Of a stretch of 64,000 bases of DNA, positions 30,308 through 40,955 are shown piece by piece; within the stretch, counting starts at the first letter, position 1; each line of letters begins with the position of its first letter. The DNA lies in IMG/VR virus record IMGVR_UViG_3300025154_000073, positions 1 to 64,000 of that record; one strand, written 5' to 3'. The stretch comes from a virus. The notes under the pieces were generated by a model. The model worked only from the letters and a program-made list of their open reading frames with translations. It was not told the origin of the DNA and did not search any database. Position numbers and translations under genes: made by a program.

Positions 30308-31075
30308 CTATTTCTTCAATTCTCCTTCCCATAAGATACCATCCTGACCATGAAGCCTCCATAGTTTTCCGTCAAAGGATGGGACTAATCCCACATTCCA
30401 TAAATCAACTGCTGGTTGATATGGATACGTCTTTTTCCAATCTTTTACAATGGGCACAAAAATACTGACCGTATAAGCCCACACAGAATCTCTCACAGAA
30501 TCTCTCACAGAATCCCACACAGAATTCCACACAGAATTCCACACAGAATTCCACACAGAATTCCACACAGAATTCCCCACAGAATTCCCCACAGAATTCC
30601 ACACAGAATTCCACACAGAATCTCTCACAGAATCTCTCACAGAATCCCACACAGAATTCCACACAGAATCCCACGCTTTAAGCAATTCCAATTCCTTTGA
30701 ACTGATTTTCCCATGTTTTAATGTAAATGGATTTAGTGGGCTGGCAGCTTTCAGATAATCCCATTTGAATAACGTTTCTGGTTTTACTTCCCGTTCTATT
30801 CTCAAGAATTCAAATCCCGCCTTATCCGATTCTTCGAGTACTGGAGTTCCATACACGATGTACGCAGAACATGGTATGGATGCTCCGATAAAGCATTGAT
30901 CTGGTTTTCGGCTGGCGTGAAGAAACGCATTTGAACATAACCTTCCAGTTTCGGAGAAATGTGGTGCGTACACATCCCACCCGACACTTTCTCGGTAGTT
31001 TATGGTTTTTCCTGTGTAAAAGTCAAAACCATCTGGTCTTGCGAGTTTGTAGAACTTTTGTAGTTTTGTTTTCAT
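30308..31075 (-). CDS. Tetrapeptide-repeat protein (paralog A)
   Basis: 16 x (W/R/G)(D/N)SV; C-terminus LW..GLVPSFDGK.WRLH. Confidence 0.7.
   Translation of the reverse strand: MKTKLQKFYKLARPDGFDFYTGKTINYRESVGWDVYAPHFSETGRLCSNAFLHASRKPDQCFIGASIPCSAYIVYGTPVLEESDKAGFEFLRIEREVKPETLFKWDYLKAASPLNPFTLKHGKISSKELELLKAWDSVWNSVWDSVRDSVRDSVWNSVWNSVGNSVGNSVWNSVWNSVWNSVWNSVWDSVRDSVRDSVWAYTVSIFVPIVKDWKKTYPYQPAVDLWNVGLVPSFDGKLWRLHGQDGILWEGELKK
30479..30674. repeat. 12-bp coding tandem repeat, 16 units
   Basis: CACAGAAT-containing units. Confidence 0.95.
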
Positions 31076-31087
31076 GTTATTTTCTCC

Positions 31088-31549
31088 TTAGTAATTCGGG
31101 TTATCGTGATACCAGCGGTCGTCGGGTTCTGGGTCAAGCTCGGAATTTCGTACGCCACATTGACGCATCCACTTAATGACATCCTTCTCTATTTCAGCAT
31201 ACTTGTCTTTCACGATTTCAAGTTCAAAATTTCGCTCATCACCCCTGCTTGGTGATGAGGGGGAATAATATCCTCCGTACTTCATAGCTCCCAGAAATGC
31301 TTCATACGGATTGAATTCAATCTTTGGAGACTTCTGGATAATAATTGTGGGCGCAATCCAGCAATCTTCTAAATCTGCGCCTGAACATGGATTATCTCTG
31401 TTATCTTCAACCGCAACAAAGACATTTTTATAGTAAGCTCGGAAGGTGATTTCGTAATCCTCGGCGTAGTTATCATTGCCAAGTGTTATATATAACTCGG
31501 TGTAAGGAATGTCTTTGTCTGTTTTTCCTATACGAATTTTTGAGATCAT
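31088..31549 (-). CDS. Hypothetical protein
   Basis: GGAGG RBS just after palindrome 31564-31582. Confidence 0.55.
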   Translation of the reverse strand: MISKIRIGKTDKDIPYTELYITLGNDNYAEDYEITFRAYYKNVFVAVEDNRDNPCSGADLEDCWIAPTIIIQKSPKIEFNPYEAFLGAMKYGGYYSPSSPSRGDERNFELEIVKDKYAEIEKDVIKWMRQCGVRNSELDPEPDDRWYHDNPNY

Positions 31550-31833
31550 TTGTCAACCTCCTGAGAATGCACGGTGTTTTCTCTGCCATCTTTCGGACGG
31601 CTTCAACCACGTCTTGTTCTGTTGCTTCAAGATAGTCCAATTCCAGGATTTTGCATAAAGTGACCATGAGGGACTCGTGAGCGTTGAACAACTCCTCTTT
31701 TGTCGGTTTGTCTTCCGATTCGTGAGGAGTTTTAGGACAGTACCACTCTTTAGTCCAGGGGTCTTGCACAAGATCGCCGTCGCAAATACGGCAATGCTTT
31801 TCTGAGCCGAACGGGTCGGCGTTTTGGTCATAA

Positions 31834-32550
31834 TTAACTCTCATAATCAGTCTCCTTTTTGAAATTTAGCGGTCTGTCTATTTTATTTTCAATTATATAT
31901 TTATCATACGCAATTGCAGCATCAATTTCGTAAACATACGACCCCACATAACAGCGATTAGATTTTCCCTTTAACCTAAATCTACAATACCACCTATTAT
32001 GTTTTTCTGAGAAGAATATTCCGAAGAATTTTGATGACGCACTAGAAACTTTCTTTCCGAATCGGGGGTTGTTTTTCCACCCTTGCGCCAACTTCATTTT
32101 TTCTCTTGAGGCGTCTGCTATTTCTTCTCTATTTCTATTTGCTTCTGATATTTTATTGATGGCCTCTTTTGTGTGGTGTTTTCCATACATGGGATTTTTT
32201 TCTTTAGCCTGTGAACAAGACATTTTTGCCTTAGTTTCTTCTGTGCATCTCCCATGCGCTCCGGCATCTTTTTTGTTGTATCCAAATAATTTGTTTTTAG
32301 TGTGGTAAAAATTAATCCAATAATCCTCTCTGTCAACAAGCATTTCTACTGAACATACGTCAATAACTTCAAACAAGAAATTATATTCTCCGTATTTGTT
32401 CCACGCGTTTTGTAGGTGCGCGTTGTGTGCCGTGCCGTTTTTCAATAAAAAAATATGGTCTTTCCATCTATGCTTTATGTCAATAGATTGACCTATGTAG
32501 TTTTTTCCGCTTATTTTATTCATAATACGATAGATTCCGCATATAGGCAT
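31834..32550 (-). CDS. GIY-YIG homing endonuclease (NUMOD3 + AP2-like)
   Basis: GIY..I.N...YIGQS, NPMYGKHH, SSKFFG...AA.AYD. Confidence 0.85.
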   Translation of the reverse strand: MPICGIYRIMNKISGKNYIGQSIDIKHRWKDHIFLLKNGTAHNAHLQNAWNKYGEYNFLFEVIDVCSVEMLVDREDYWINFYHTKNKLFGYNKKDAGAHGRCTEETKAKMSCSQAKEKNPMYGKHHTKEAINKISEANRNREEIADASREKMKLAQGWKNNPRFGKKVSSASSKFFGIFFSEKHNRWYCRFRLKGKSNRCYVGSYVYEIDAAIAYDKYIIENKIDRPLNFKKETDYES

Positions 32551-33086
32551 TGTATATACTTCAAACAAACCACCGCCAATCTGCATTCCGAACTTGTCAC
32601 AGTTGCAGGAGCGCGGCAGACGGGCGGTGGTTTATCTCGGAATAAAAAATCTCCTGTGAAACTGTGACGAATTGATTATACCACAATCACGGATCAGCGG
32701 AAGGGTCATAAATACTCATCGCCCCTCCATCTCTTCAAGCAGGGAGACAGCTTGCAAATCCATGACTAACTGTTCGTCATAGTCGGGCTGGTTGTCCTGA
32801 CAAAAAACTTTCCAAACGCCCGTTTTACCCAGACCGTGAGTGTCGGAAAATAGGGATTCTGGCGGAGGACAGAAAGCATAACCTTTTTCGAGGAAACAGA
32901 AGTCAATTTCCGCACCGAACTCGGTCTCCACAGGGTAGGCATGACCTACGCACGCGCCGTGTTCGAGTTTGACCATTTGCTCGTGTTCAATGCACCAGAC
33001 GAACTCTGGAGCGTCTCGCCTCACGGAAGATACAAGGCGGTGTACGTGCGTTCCTAGTGAAGTTTTCATAATGTTCTCCTTTTCTC

Positions 33087-33905
33087 CTATTTTGTACATT
33101 CAAAGACGATCTCGGCATTTTTCCCTGAGTGTAATCTCCATGTTTTTCCATCAAACGATGGCACAAATCCTCGCTTCCATAGATCAACACAAGGCTGAAA
33201 TTCATAATTGTTATCCCAAATATAAAATAAACTTCCGATGTAAGCCCCCACAGAACCCCCCACAGAATCTATCACAGAATTCCCCACAGAATTCCACACA
33301 GAATCTCTCACAGAATCTATCACAGAATTCCCCACAGAATTCCCCACAGAATTCCCCACAGAATCCCACACAGAATTCCACACAGAATTCCCCACAGACC
33401 CCCCCACAGAACCCCCCACAGAATCTCTCACAGAATTCCACACAGAATCCCACACAGAATTCCACACAGAATTCCACACAGAATTCCCCACAGAATCTCT
33501 CACAGAATCTCTCACAGAATCCCACTGCTTTAATAATTCAATGTCTTTTTTTGTGGGCTTTGATTTATTGGCTAGTGGATTGATTGGATTTTGCGCTTCC
33601 TTGATATTAATTAATGGATATACCTCCTTTTTCCACTTCTTAAGGGAGCGCAGAGCCTCTGCTGAGTGTGAAGCAGACCACCATGACGGAATATCTTCTT
33701 CATCAACATTCAATGTCCAATCGCAATCTGGATATAAATATCCTTTATCTGGTGTGATCTCCACCTTTACGGAATTTCTAGATGCTTCTTTCAGTTCTGG
33801 GTACTTAGACAGATATCTAGAATACAGCGTGTCGTGAGAGGAAATGCCGCGCTCCCAAATTACTTGGTGACTTCTTGTTACAATACATGAAAAATCTTTA
33901 CACAT
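33087..33905 (-). CDS. Tetrapeptide-repeat protein (paralog B)
   Basis: 23 x (W/R/G/I)(D/N/G)SV; same C-terminus as paralog A. Confidence 0.7.
   Translation of the reverse strand: MCKDFSCIVTRSHQVIWERGISSHDTLYSRYLSKYPELKEASRNSVKVEITPDKGYLYPDCDWTLNVDEEDIPSWWSASHSAEALRSLKKWKKEVYPLINIKEAQNPINPLANKSKPTKKDIELLKQWDSVRDSVRDSVGNSVWNSVWNSVWDSVWNSVRDSVGGSVGGSVGNSVWNSVWDSVGNSVGNSVGNSVIDSVRDSVWNSVGNSVIDSVGGSVGAYIGSLFYIWDNNYEFQPCVDLWKRGFVPSFDGKTWRLHSGKNAEIVFECTK
33246..33524. repeat. 12-bp coding tandem repeat, 23 units
   Basis: CACAGA-containing units. Confidence 0.95.
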
Positions 33906-34617
33906 TGTTTTTCTCCTTTTGTTTTTCTAATTGTTTTTCTGCCAATTCTGCGAGAATAAGAATTCTGTCGTAAATCTCTCGCCAAGTTCCTTCGATATTA
34001 TTTGTCATGCGCCTAGCTTCACTCTCTCCAACAACGTCTATGAGCCTTTCAAGAGCATCTTCGGCTGAGTTCCGCCAGTATCGCGCCATTGGTGGGATTT
34101 CAAAAGAAAATCTACTTCTTACGTGCCTCTGTCCGTGAAAGTGACTCATTTCGTACTCCACAACTTACGGATTGACTTAGGAAGGCGAATGTCCGCGTGT
34201 GGCGGATTCTTCTCGCCTTTGCCATTGTTCATTACTCGGACGTTGTTCAACTTGTCCTCAACTGTTTTCGGCATGATTTTTAACAATGCCGCTGTTCCAG
34301 ATCGTTTTAACGTCCAAGTCATAGTTTTCAGCCTCTCGGTTTCGGTTTTGACATTCGTACTAGGTAGCGGGAGTCGCGCTCGAAGCGACCTCAATGCTGA
34401 GTTTATGAAACTCGCTCTGACCCATGCCAGCCTCCCGCAGTGTTTATTTCTTTCTGCCTTCGCTTAGGTCATAACTCCTAAGCCTTGAAAAACACTTGTG
34501 GGCGGAGCATTGTCTTTTTGCTCACGGGCTTTGACTTCGCCTGCTTCATTCAACATAGTTGAATTGCGCCCACATTTTTAATATATCACGATTGCGCTCT
34601 CTTAGGATTAAATCTTC

Positions 34618-34926
34618 CTAAGTGTTTGACAATATGGATTTGGCTTTTAATAGAATTCTTGCAAAGTGCCTGTGGGAGGCGTATCTTTCTGGATTTGCTA
34701 TAATCCAGGAGTTTTCTCCATCCATTTCATCAAATACTTCCTTTATAAATTCTGTCAATGCGGCGATGACGGTGGCACTATCGTCTTCCTTCTCGAATGT
34801 TGTTGTTTTCCATTCCTGCTTGCGCCCTATCGGGGCTTCGCGTCCACCGACGGGGCATTGGTTGGTTTCAAAGTGATGTAAACCGTATTCGCCGCCACAG
34901 TTTTTACATTTATCGTATGTGTTCAT
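34618..34926 (-). CDS. Small zinc-binding hypothetical protein
   Basis: CKNCG...H....CP; GGAG RBS. Confidence 0.55.
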   Translation of the reverse strand: MNTYDKCKNCGGEYGLHHFETNQCPVGGREAPIGRKQEWKTTTFEKEDDSATVIAALTEFIKEVFDEMDGENSWIIANPERYASHRHFARILLKAKSILSNT

Positions 34927-35038
34927 TTTAGCTCCTATTGTTTTACGTTAGTTTGTACGTGAGCTGCGACACAACCTTAATCATAAGATTTGCTTAAGTG
35001 TTGCGTTAAGCCTTGTTTCCTTTACTAGAATTCTCGGA

Positions 35039-35128
35039 CGGTTCATCCCCACGTGTGTGGGGAATACCATGGCAGGAATATAGTCACTGTCTCTTGACAC
35101 GGTTCATCCCCACGTGTGTGGGGAATAC
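35039..35128 (-). CRISPR. Mini-CRISPR array, type I-E-like, 2 repeats / 1 spacer, no cas genes
   Basis: Two identical 29-bp repeats GTATTCCCCACACACGTGGGGATGAACCG (35039-35067, 35100-35128) with a 32-bp spacer. Confidence 0.9.
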
Positions 35129-35403
35129 TTTTACAGTACGGATAAAGACCATCCCTATGACCTTTGCTTTTGTGAAATTCCGAATAGTCTTTATCTTGTA
35201 AACACTTTTTGCATTTTTTCATTATCTATTTGCTCCAATAGAAAACTCCACAAGTCAAAGCCGTTGATTGTTCAGGTCTACGGGGACGAGTGGAGTAATT
35301 CTTATTGTAACATAACGACTTTTCCATAGACCTGAACAGTTGGAGTATATCATACTTTGAACAAAAGGGACGACGACAGATGCAACAGAACCTAATCTAA
35401 CTC

Positions 35404-36069
35404 TCATTTTCTCTTTTCGTCTTTCCATTTGATAACTGGCTTATTGTTGATTTTTACATCGTAGCTCTTTAGATATGGCACATCTACAACGTGCCAGTTT
35501 TTTGTCATTCCAGGATGATAAATCAAGGACTGATCTATCGGAATGTGTAGCATGTAGTCATCCTTGATAGCTTCGCCCTCATCGTGGAAGGTTTTTAGCA
35601 TGTGGTCAAGGTTCGAGCGTTGAATAACGCTGATTAATGTGGTTTGCTTAAAGAGTACCGCATCAAGCTCCCCACTGATCTTGCCATTAAAGTTGTGAGC
35701 GAGTCCGCACAGGATGATCGTGTTATTGTGATATGGATGGTAGATTGTCTGCAAAATTCCTGTAAACGTTTTCATATCTTTTCGATTGTCTGGGTCTGCA
35801 AGGAATTTCAGTTCATCCAAAATAATCAGGCTGTTTTTAATTTTTGACAACTCAATCAGTGTGCTAATTGAAAGAACGCCAGGGATATTAACGGACAGTC
35901 TGAATCCGACAATGTTTGTCTCTGGGGCTTGCTTTCTGACAATATCAATGATGTTGAATAGCAATCCTGATTTTCCTGTATTTTTGTCGCCCACTACGCC
36001 AATGACGCGAAGGCTTTTATCTTTAAGGAACTCCTCAAGATCGTGAATATTTTCGTTAGGTGTGTACAT
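35404..36069 (-). CDS. P-loop NTPase
   Basis: Walker A GDKNTGKS, Walker B LIILDE; start refined to MYTP (AAGGAG RBS). Confidence 0.7.
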   Translation of the reverse strand: MYTPNENIHDLEEFLKDKSLRVIGVVGDKNTGKSGLLFNIIDIVRKQAPETNIVGFRLSVNIPGVLSISTLIELSKIKNSLIILDELKFLADPDNRKDMKTFTGILQTIYHPYHNNTIILCGLAHNFNGKISGELDAVLFKQTTLISVIQRSNLDHMLKTFHDEGEAIKDDYMLHIPIDQSLIYHPGMTKNWHVVDVPYLKSYDVKINNKPVIKWKDEKRK

Positions 36070-37048
36070 GGTATCTCCTTTTTCTGGCGGGTGATTGGGT
36101 TGCCAGAATACACGGTGTTTTCTTTTACGAGTTGGCGTCCCAACATTCCTTGTGGACAATGCGCTCAAATTTGTTACGGTACGCCCATTTTGCGGTATCT
36201 AGTTCTTCACGTGTGAAGTTGCGATGACAATACATACACTCATCATCAAGGTACATGGAAATTGCCAACTCAAGCATGGCGGGGCGATTCTCATCTGTGA
36301 GTTCAACGACTGCAACGGATTTGCCACCGCCTAAATCAAACTCTTGTACGTCCTCTTGTTTGGGTAAATTAAAGACATTCATTTCAGACTCCTTTAATCA
36401 TAATCAGGGCTTGGGCTACAAGGTACAATCCCAAGACGACAACCGCCAGAGCCTTTAATAGTCTGGCTTCATGCGTGTAGTTCATAGTCCCTCCGCTATG
36501 TCCAGGGCTTGCCGCGCCGCGTCAACACGGTTAGAGGCGTCAATGGGCGGGATTTTCAACAGTCGCCCGTCCTTTGTGGCGATGACACACCACTGACTTA
36601 TGGAAAAAGGTGATAGGTAGACGGTGACGGCGATCCCGTTGCGCGTCTCTGAGTAAGTTCTGCTCATGCTTCACCCTTTGCCTGTTTCAAGGCGGTGCGG
36701 ATACGCTCGTTTACCGCCTCGCCTGACAGCGCCATGTCTTTTGTGACTGCCAACACGTCAGGATGCTCAAGGTAGCGTATTGCCAGTTCAAGCATGGCGA
36801 TCAGCGCATCATGGTTATTGCAGGCGGTGACAATAAACTCCGCGTTTGCTCGGTCTAATTCTGATGGAATTCCATTTGCTGAGTCAAGGTCGGGACTAAT
36901 AAACGCCACTCCAAAGCATTCTGGTGAGTTAATGGAGATGGCTTGTTCCCAGGCAACCCATTTATAAGGTGTAGGTGTGTGCTTGTTCATTTTTATTTCT
37001 CCTCTGCCCCTCACTGGTTAGGCGAGGGGCGGTAATGGGTGTGAGTGT

Positions 37049-37855
37049 TTACTTTGTGCGGGCGGAGTTCCTTAATTCCTTGACGAATTCTCCTGCGTTG
37101 TAATTGTAGTAAGCTGAGAATGCGCCTTCGCCCTCTGATCTAAGTACACGGTATCCGTGAGATTTCAGGTTTTTGAAGGTGTCAAGGTCAACGCGGGCGG
37201 GGAAGTAGATTCGGATTCGGTTCTCGCCTGCTCGCCATTGTATTTTGACGCCGTTGATTTCTTCGTCCTTGTCTGGGATAGCTTGTTTCTTCTCAACCAG
37301 CGCGGCGCGTTTGGTCGCTGTGCGGATATTGGCAGACAAGTTAGTCAATTGAAATGGGGTGATAGGGTGCGGTTCCCATCTATATTCTGGCTTATAGTTG
37401 CGAATTGTGATTTTGTCCGACTCGGACAGTTCGCACAAGTCAAGGCTGGCGGGGTTTTTTAAGTACTTGGCGTGAGCGGCATTAATCGCCTTGTATCGTT
37501 TTTGTAGTACTAATAAACCGTCAAGTTTGGATTCCAGTTTTTCAACGGCTTCAGGGTCATCGCTAAAAATAGCGTTGTTTGCCTCCATAGACGCGGCGCG
37601 GCTTTTCAGTTCTTCGGCGCGGAGATGCAATTCGTACCCTTTGCGGTGTTTGCTTTCAATCCGTGCGCGATAATTTCGGTCTCTGCCCTCGGAGTAATGT
37701 CCCACGAGGATCGGTTGACCAAACGGTATACAATCTGCCATTTTATGAGCCTGATTCCAATTCGATTCGCTTTCTGTTTCTGCTTTTTGTGCGGCTTTTA
37801 CAAGCCTTTCATAGCGGGCGGTGCGTTTTGCTTCGTATTCTTCAATTGTGTACAT
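37049..37855 (-). CDS. DUF3560-like protein
   Basis: IPFGQPILVGH.SE..DR.YR, I.SDDPEA.EKL. Confidence 0.8.
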   Translation of the reverse strand: MYTIEEYEAKRTARYERLVKAAQKAETESESNWNQAHKMADCIPFGQPILVGHYSEGRDRNYRARIESKHRKGYELHLRAEELKSRAASMEANNAIFSDDPEAVEKLESKLDGLLVLQKRYKAINAAHAKYLKNPASLDLCELSESDKITIRNYKPEYRWEPHPITPFQLTNLSANIRTATKRAALVEKKQAIPDKDEEINGVKIQWRAGENRIRIYFPARVDLDTFKNLKSHGYRVLRSEGEGAFSAYYNYNAGEFVKELRNSARTK

Positions 37856-39210
37856 ATTAATCCTCTGCAAGAGCAACCAGCGCGGCGAATTGCAATTCGT
37901 ATTCTGGGCGGTCTGTTGATAATTCTATGACGCGCTCGGCTGTAGGTGTGTGGGCGGATGATTGTCCGATTGCCCATTCAAAAAAATATGGGTAGTTTTT
38001 ATACATTTTGTAATCTCCTTTGATTTGAGAAAACACGGTGTATTTGTATCTTACACGGTCAAGATGAGAGAGGGGTTAAAATGTTGCCGGTGTTAAGCGG
38101 ATGAAGGATAACCGCTTCGTGTAGAGGCGCGCCGTTGCCTCTACAATATTGTGGAAAAACTAACCCGCTATCAATCCACAAAGAAAAACGACGCACAACC
38201 TTCGCGCCACAATGTTTACAGTGATATTCCATGATTTTTACTCCTCTTCCTCTTTATCGGTCGTAGTGGTTTATAGGGTTGGCTGGTGTGTAAAACGCGC
38301 ACTGTCTACAATCGCGCATTGCCAGAGCCAAGAGACAGCAAGCGCAATTAATACGCCTTTCTGCCAGAGTCCATATGTGGGGGATGATTACAGATTGCAT
38401 GGCTATACCTTTGCGCCAAGTTTCTCAAAGGATTCCAGGCAATTTTTGTATACATTCCACCCAAACATTGACGCGCTTTCCATCGCTTGCGCCTGTGGTT
38501 TTGTTACGTCAAGTTTGGCATTCATCGTGTCCACCTGATTCTGGTTAGCTTTCTGGTTAGTTTTGTAGTATCCAGTTTCAAAGGCGCGTATCTCGATCAC
38601 CTCGCCAATTTGGGTAGAGGGATTGATGGTCATATTGTTCAGGGAATAGCATTTATTGGGTATGATCATGGTAATATACTCCTATATAAGATTATGGTTA
38701 GGTTTATTAATCAGATTAATCATATTTATTAGACTGATTACAAGGCACTACCTAGTAATACCCTGTAATCAACCCCCCTCGTTTGTGTTAGTCGTCCGCT
38801 AGTGCGATCATAGAGTCCCACGCTACGTCAATTTCGCGCTTATGCTGCGCTGGGGCGTTGGAAGGGTAATAGCTACCATCTAGGAAGAGAGAAAACCATA
38901 CTAAAGCGGTATCCATTATGAACCCCCGAAGATTGACCAGAACGCCTTGCCTAACAACTCGCTGACCGGCGATCCGAGAATAAGCGAGTGAGCCGCGTAC
39001 GCCATGCCTAAGATGATGATTGCCACTGTGTAGGTACGATATGAGCGTGTAGCGTGTACCGGCTTGGCTTGTGCGTGGCTGGGGATGAACCCGTTGGCGG
39101 TCCACTTACCTGCTGCCCCATTGATACCCTTAGCGTGTAGTTGCTTGTTCATTGTCGTATCTCCTGTTGTGTATGTGGTGGTGATTAGTCACCTGTGTTT
39201 GATTGACTAC

Positions 39211-39239
39211 ATGATACACTATATCGTATAGTAATACAA
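39211..39239 (-). promoter_or_regulatory. Promoter with palindromic operator in spacer
   Basis: TTGTAT-N17-TATCAT; ACTATA-TCG-TATAGT between the boxes. Confidence 0.55.
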
Positions 39240-39678
39240 TAGATATACCCTTACTCTAATCTAACTCTAATCTAGTGTTCTAATTATGTTCTAAGCGCAT
39301 AGATATAATATATTAGCTCATGTGTTCTAACCCAGGGTCATAGTTAGAACAGGCGTGCTAATATTCTGCGGACGCTGAGAGTTCGCATAGGGTATGCACA
39401 GTCAACAAAGTAAATCGTTTGGTCTTTTGAAATGCTTCCCCCTATACGTACTATATCAAGAAGATGTCTGTAAGATCAAGCCACGCTTGGTTGAACTTCC
39501 CGTGTAATAGATTGTCGAGCGCGTGAAGCATTAGTTCTGAGTGGCTTGGCTCGTATTGTAGGGAGTAGTCTGGATGTGATGCACCAGCAAGAACCATTTC
39601 CCCACACAAAGGACAGTGAAATTGACCAAGCGGAACATCAACAAGGTCGGATGGGTCGTAGATGCATTTATCCATTTA

Positions 39679-39951
39679 TTAGCCACCATATTCCAGCACA
39701 TACTTTTTAGCAGCTTCTTTTGAGACATACTTGTCATCCCAGTCAAGATAGATTTCGCCTGGAACAAGATCAATTAACTTGCAAATGATTTCCTTTTGCT
39801 CTGGCGTATCATTTTGAGTCATCGCAGACATGGAATAGCCTAACTCGCCATACTTTTCAAGCAGGGCTTTCCCTTCTGCACTTGTGATGCTCCACGATTT
39901 CAGCGTTCCCCATTTTAGAGTAATATAATCCTGCTCGGTTTCTGTTCCCAT
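39679..39951 (-). CDS. Conserved-looking small phage protein
   Basis: LKWGTLK.W...Q.DTPEQKE.IC.LID. Confidence 0.6.
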   Translation of the reverse strand: MGTETEQDYITLKWGTLKSWSITSAEGKALLEKYGELGYSMSAMTQNDTPEQKEIICKLIDLVPGEIYLDWDDKYVSKEAAKKYVLEYGG

Positions 39952-40083
39952 CTTTTTCTCCTATATTGCCCTACTTCAACGGAATACTAACACACTCTTA
40001 TGGATATGGTATTGTTTGTTATCCATCAGCTTAAAAAAAACACCACCCTACGAGCACTAGGGCTCCTCAAGTGGTTCTTAATT

Positions 40084-40112
40084 ATTATATGTTTTCTCTT
40101 AAAAATTGTCAA
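40084..40112 (-). promoter_or_regulatory. Consensus sigma70 promoter
   Basis: TTGACA-N17-TATAAT. Confidence 0.8.
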
Positions 40113-40955
40113 GGCCTTTTAGAATAGGTATTCTAACTCTGTAAGGTGTGAAAATTTACAATTCATCTTCTTCTCCTGTAATTTTTATGTTTGGTCTTGG
40201 GGAAACGCTTTCCCTATACCGTCTAAACCCGACTCCATTTGAGCTTACTTTACGCGAGCGCCTGCAAAAACATAAGCATATTCTTTTTCTGATACCCGCC
40301 TTTCGAGAATATACACAAGCACAAAGATAGGCATAATTTCAGACGGGTCAATTTTCTGGCTTATGTTGTAATTCATTTCAGGCGGCACGGCAAACAATAA
40401 CTCTGGCGCGTAAGTGCTGGATATAACTGTTTTGGCAAGTGCGCTTTCTCTTGCTCCAATATCACACTTTATTGCGGCTTCAAGTATTTGGTTGGACATT
40501 TCCCCGAACTCTTTAAGCACCATCAACAGTACGACTACGATAAAGGGGACTCCAATAAGAATCAGGATGGTAGCCAGGACTTCAAGTTTCATCTCTACTT
40601 CCTATATCACTTCTTCATCCGCGAGGATGCCCAGGATGGATAAGATCAGTGTGTGAGAGAAACCGCGCAGGCTTCCACTCATCTTCTCAAGTAGGAGGGA
40701 GTGCGCTTTCCCCTCTACGAGCATACTTGCCAGCACAACATTCTCAATAACGTCAATTACGTTTACAAAATCATTCTCGTCCATCTTGCTTAGAACAATA
40801 TCTTTGCCGTTGTCAGTCATTTTGTCGAGGTATTCCCTGATTTGGTCAACCTCGTCGAGGTCTTTCCCGATATTGCCCATACTTACGTTTTCATAATACT
40901 TTAGTAATGCCTGTACGTTCATGTTATTTTCTCCTATGGTTAGAATACACGGTGT

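Noticed and set aside
30479-33524. Repeat pair as DGR template/variable regions or a CRISPR array
   Set aside because: No reverse transcriptase in the window, variation is not adenine-specific, and units are contiguous without spacers
30405-33583. ORFs with FCVE, HRIP or QNSP repeats
   Set aside because: Alternate-frame or antisense shadows of the 12-bp repeats; the xxSV frame has RBS, operon context and shared unique flanks
39071-39093. GGGGATGAACCCG resembling the 3' half of the CRISPR repeat
   Set aside because: Only about 12 nt match, no 5' hairpin arm, lies within a plausible ORF
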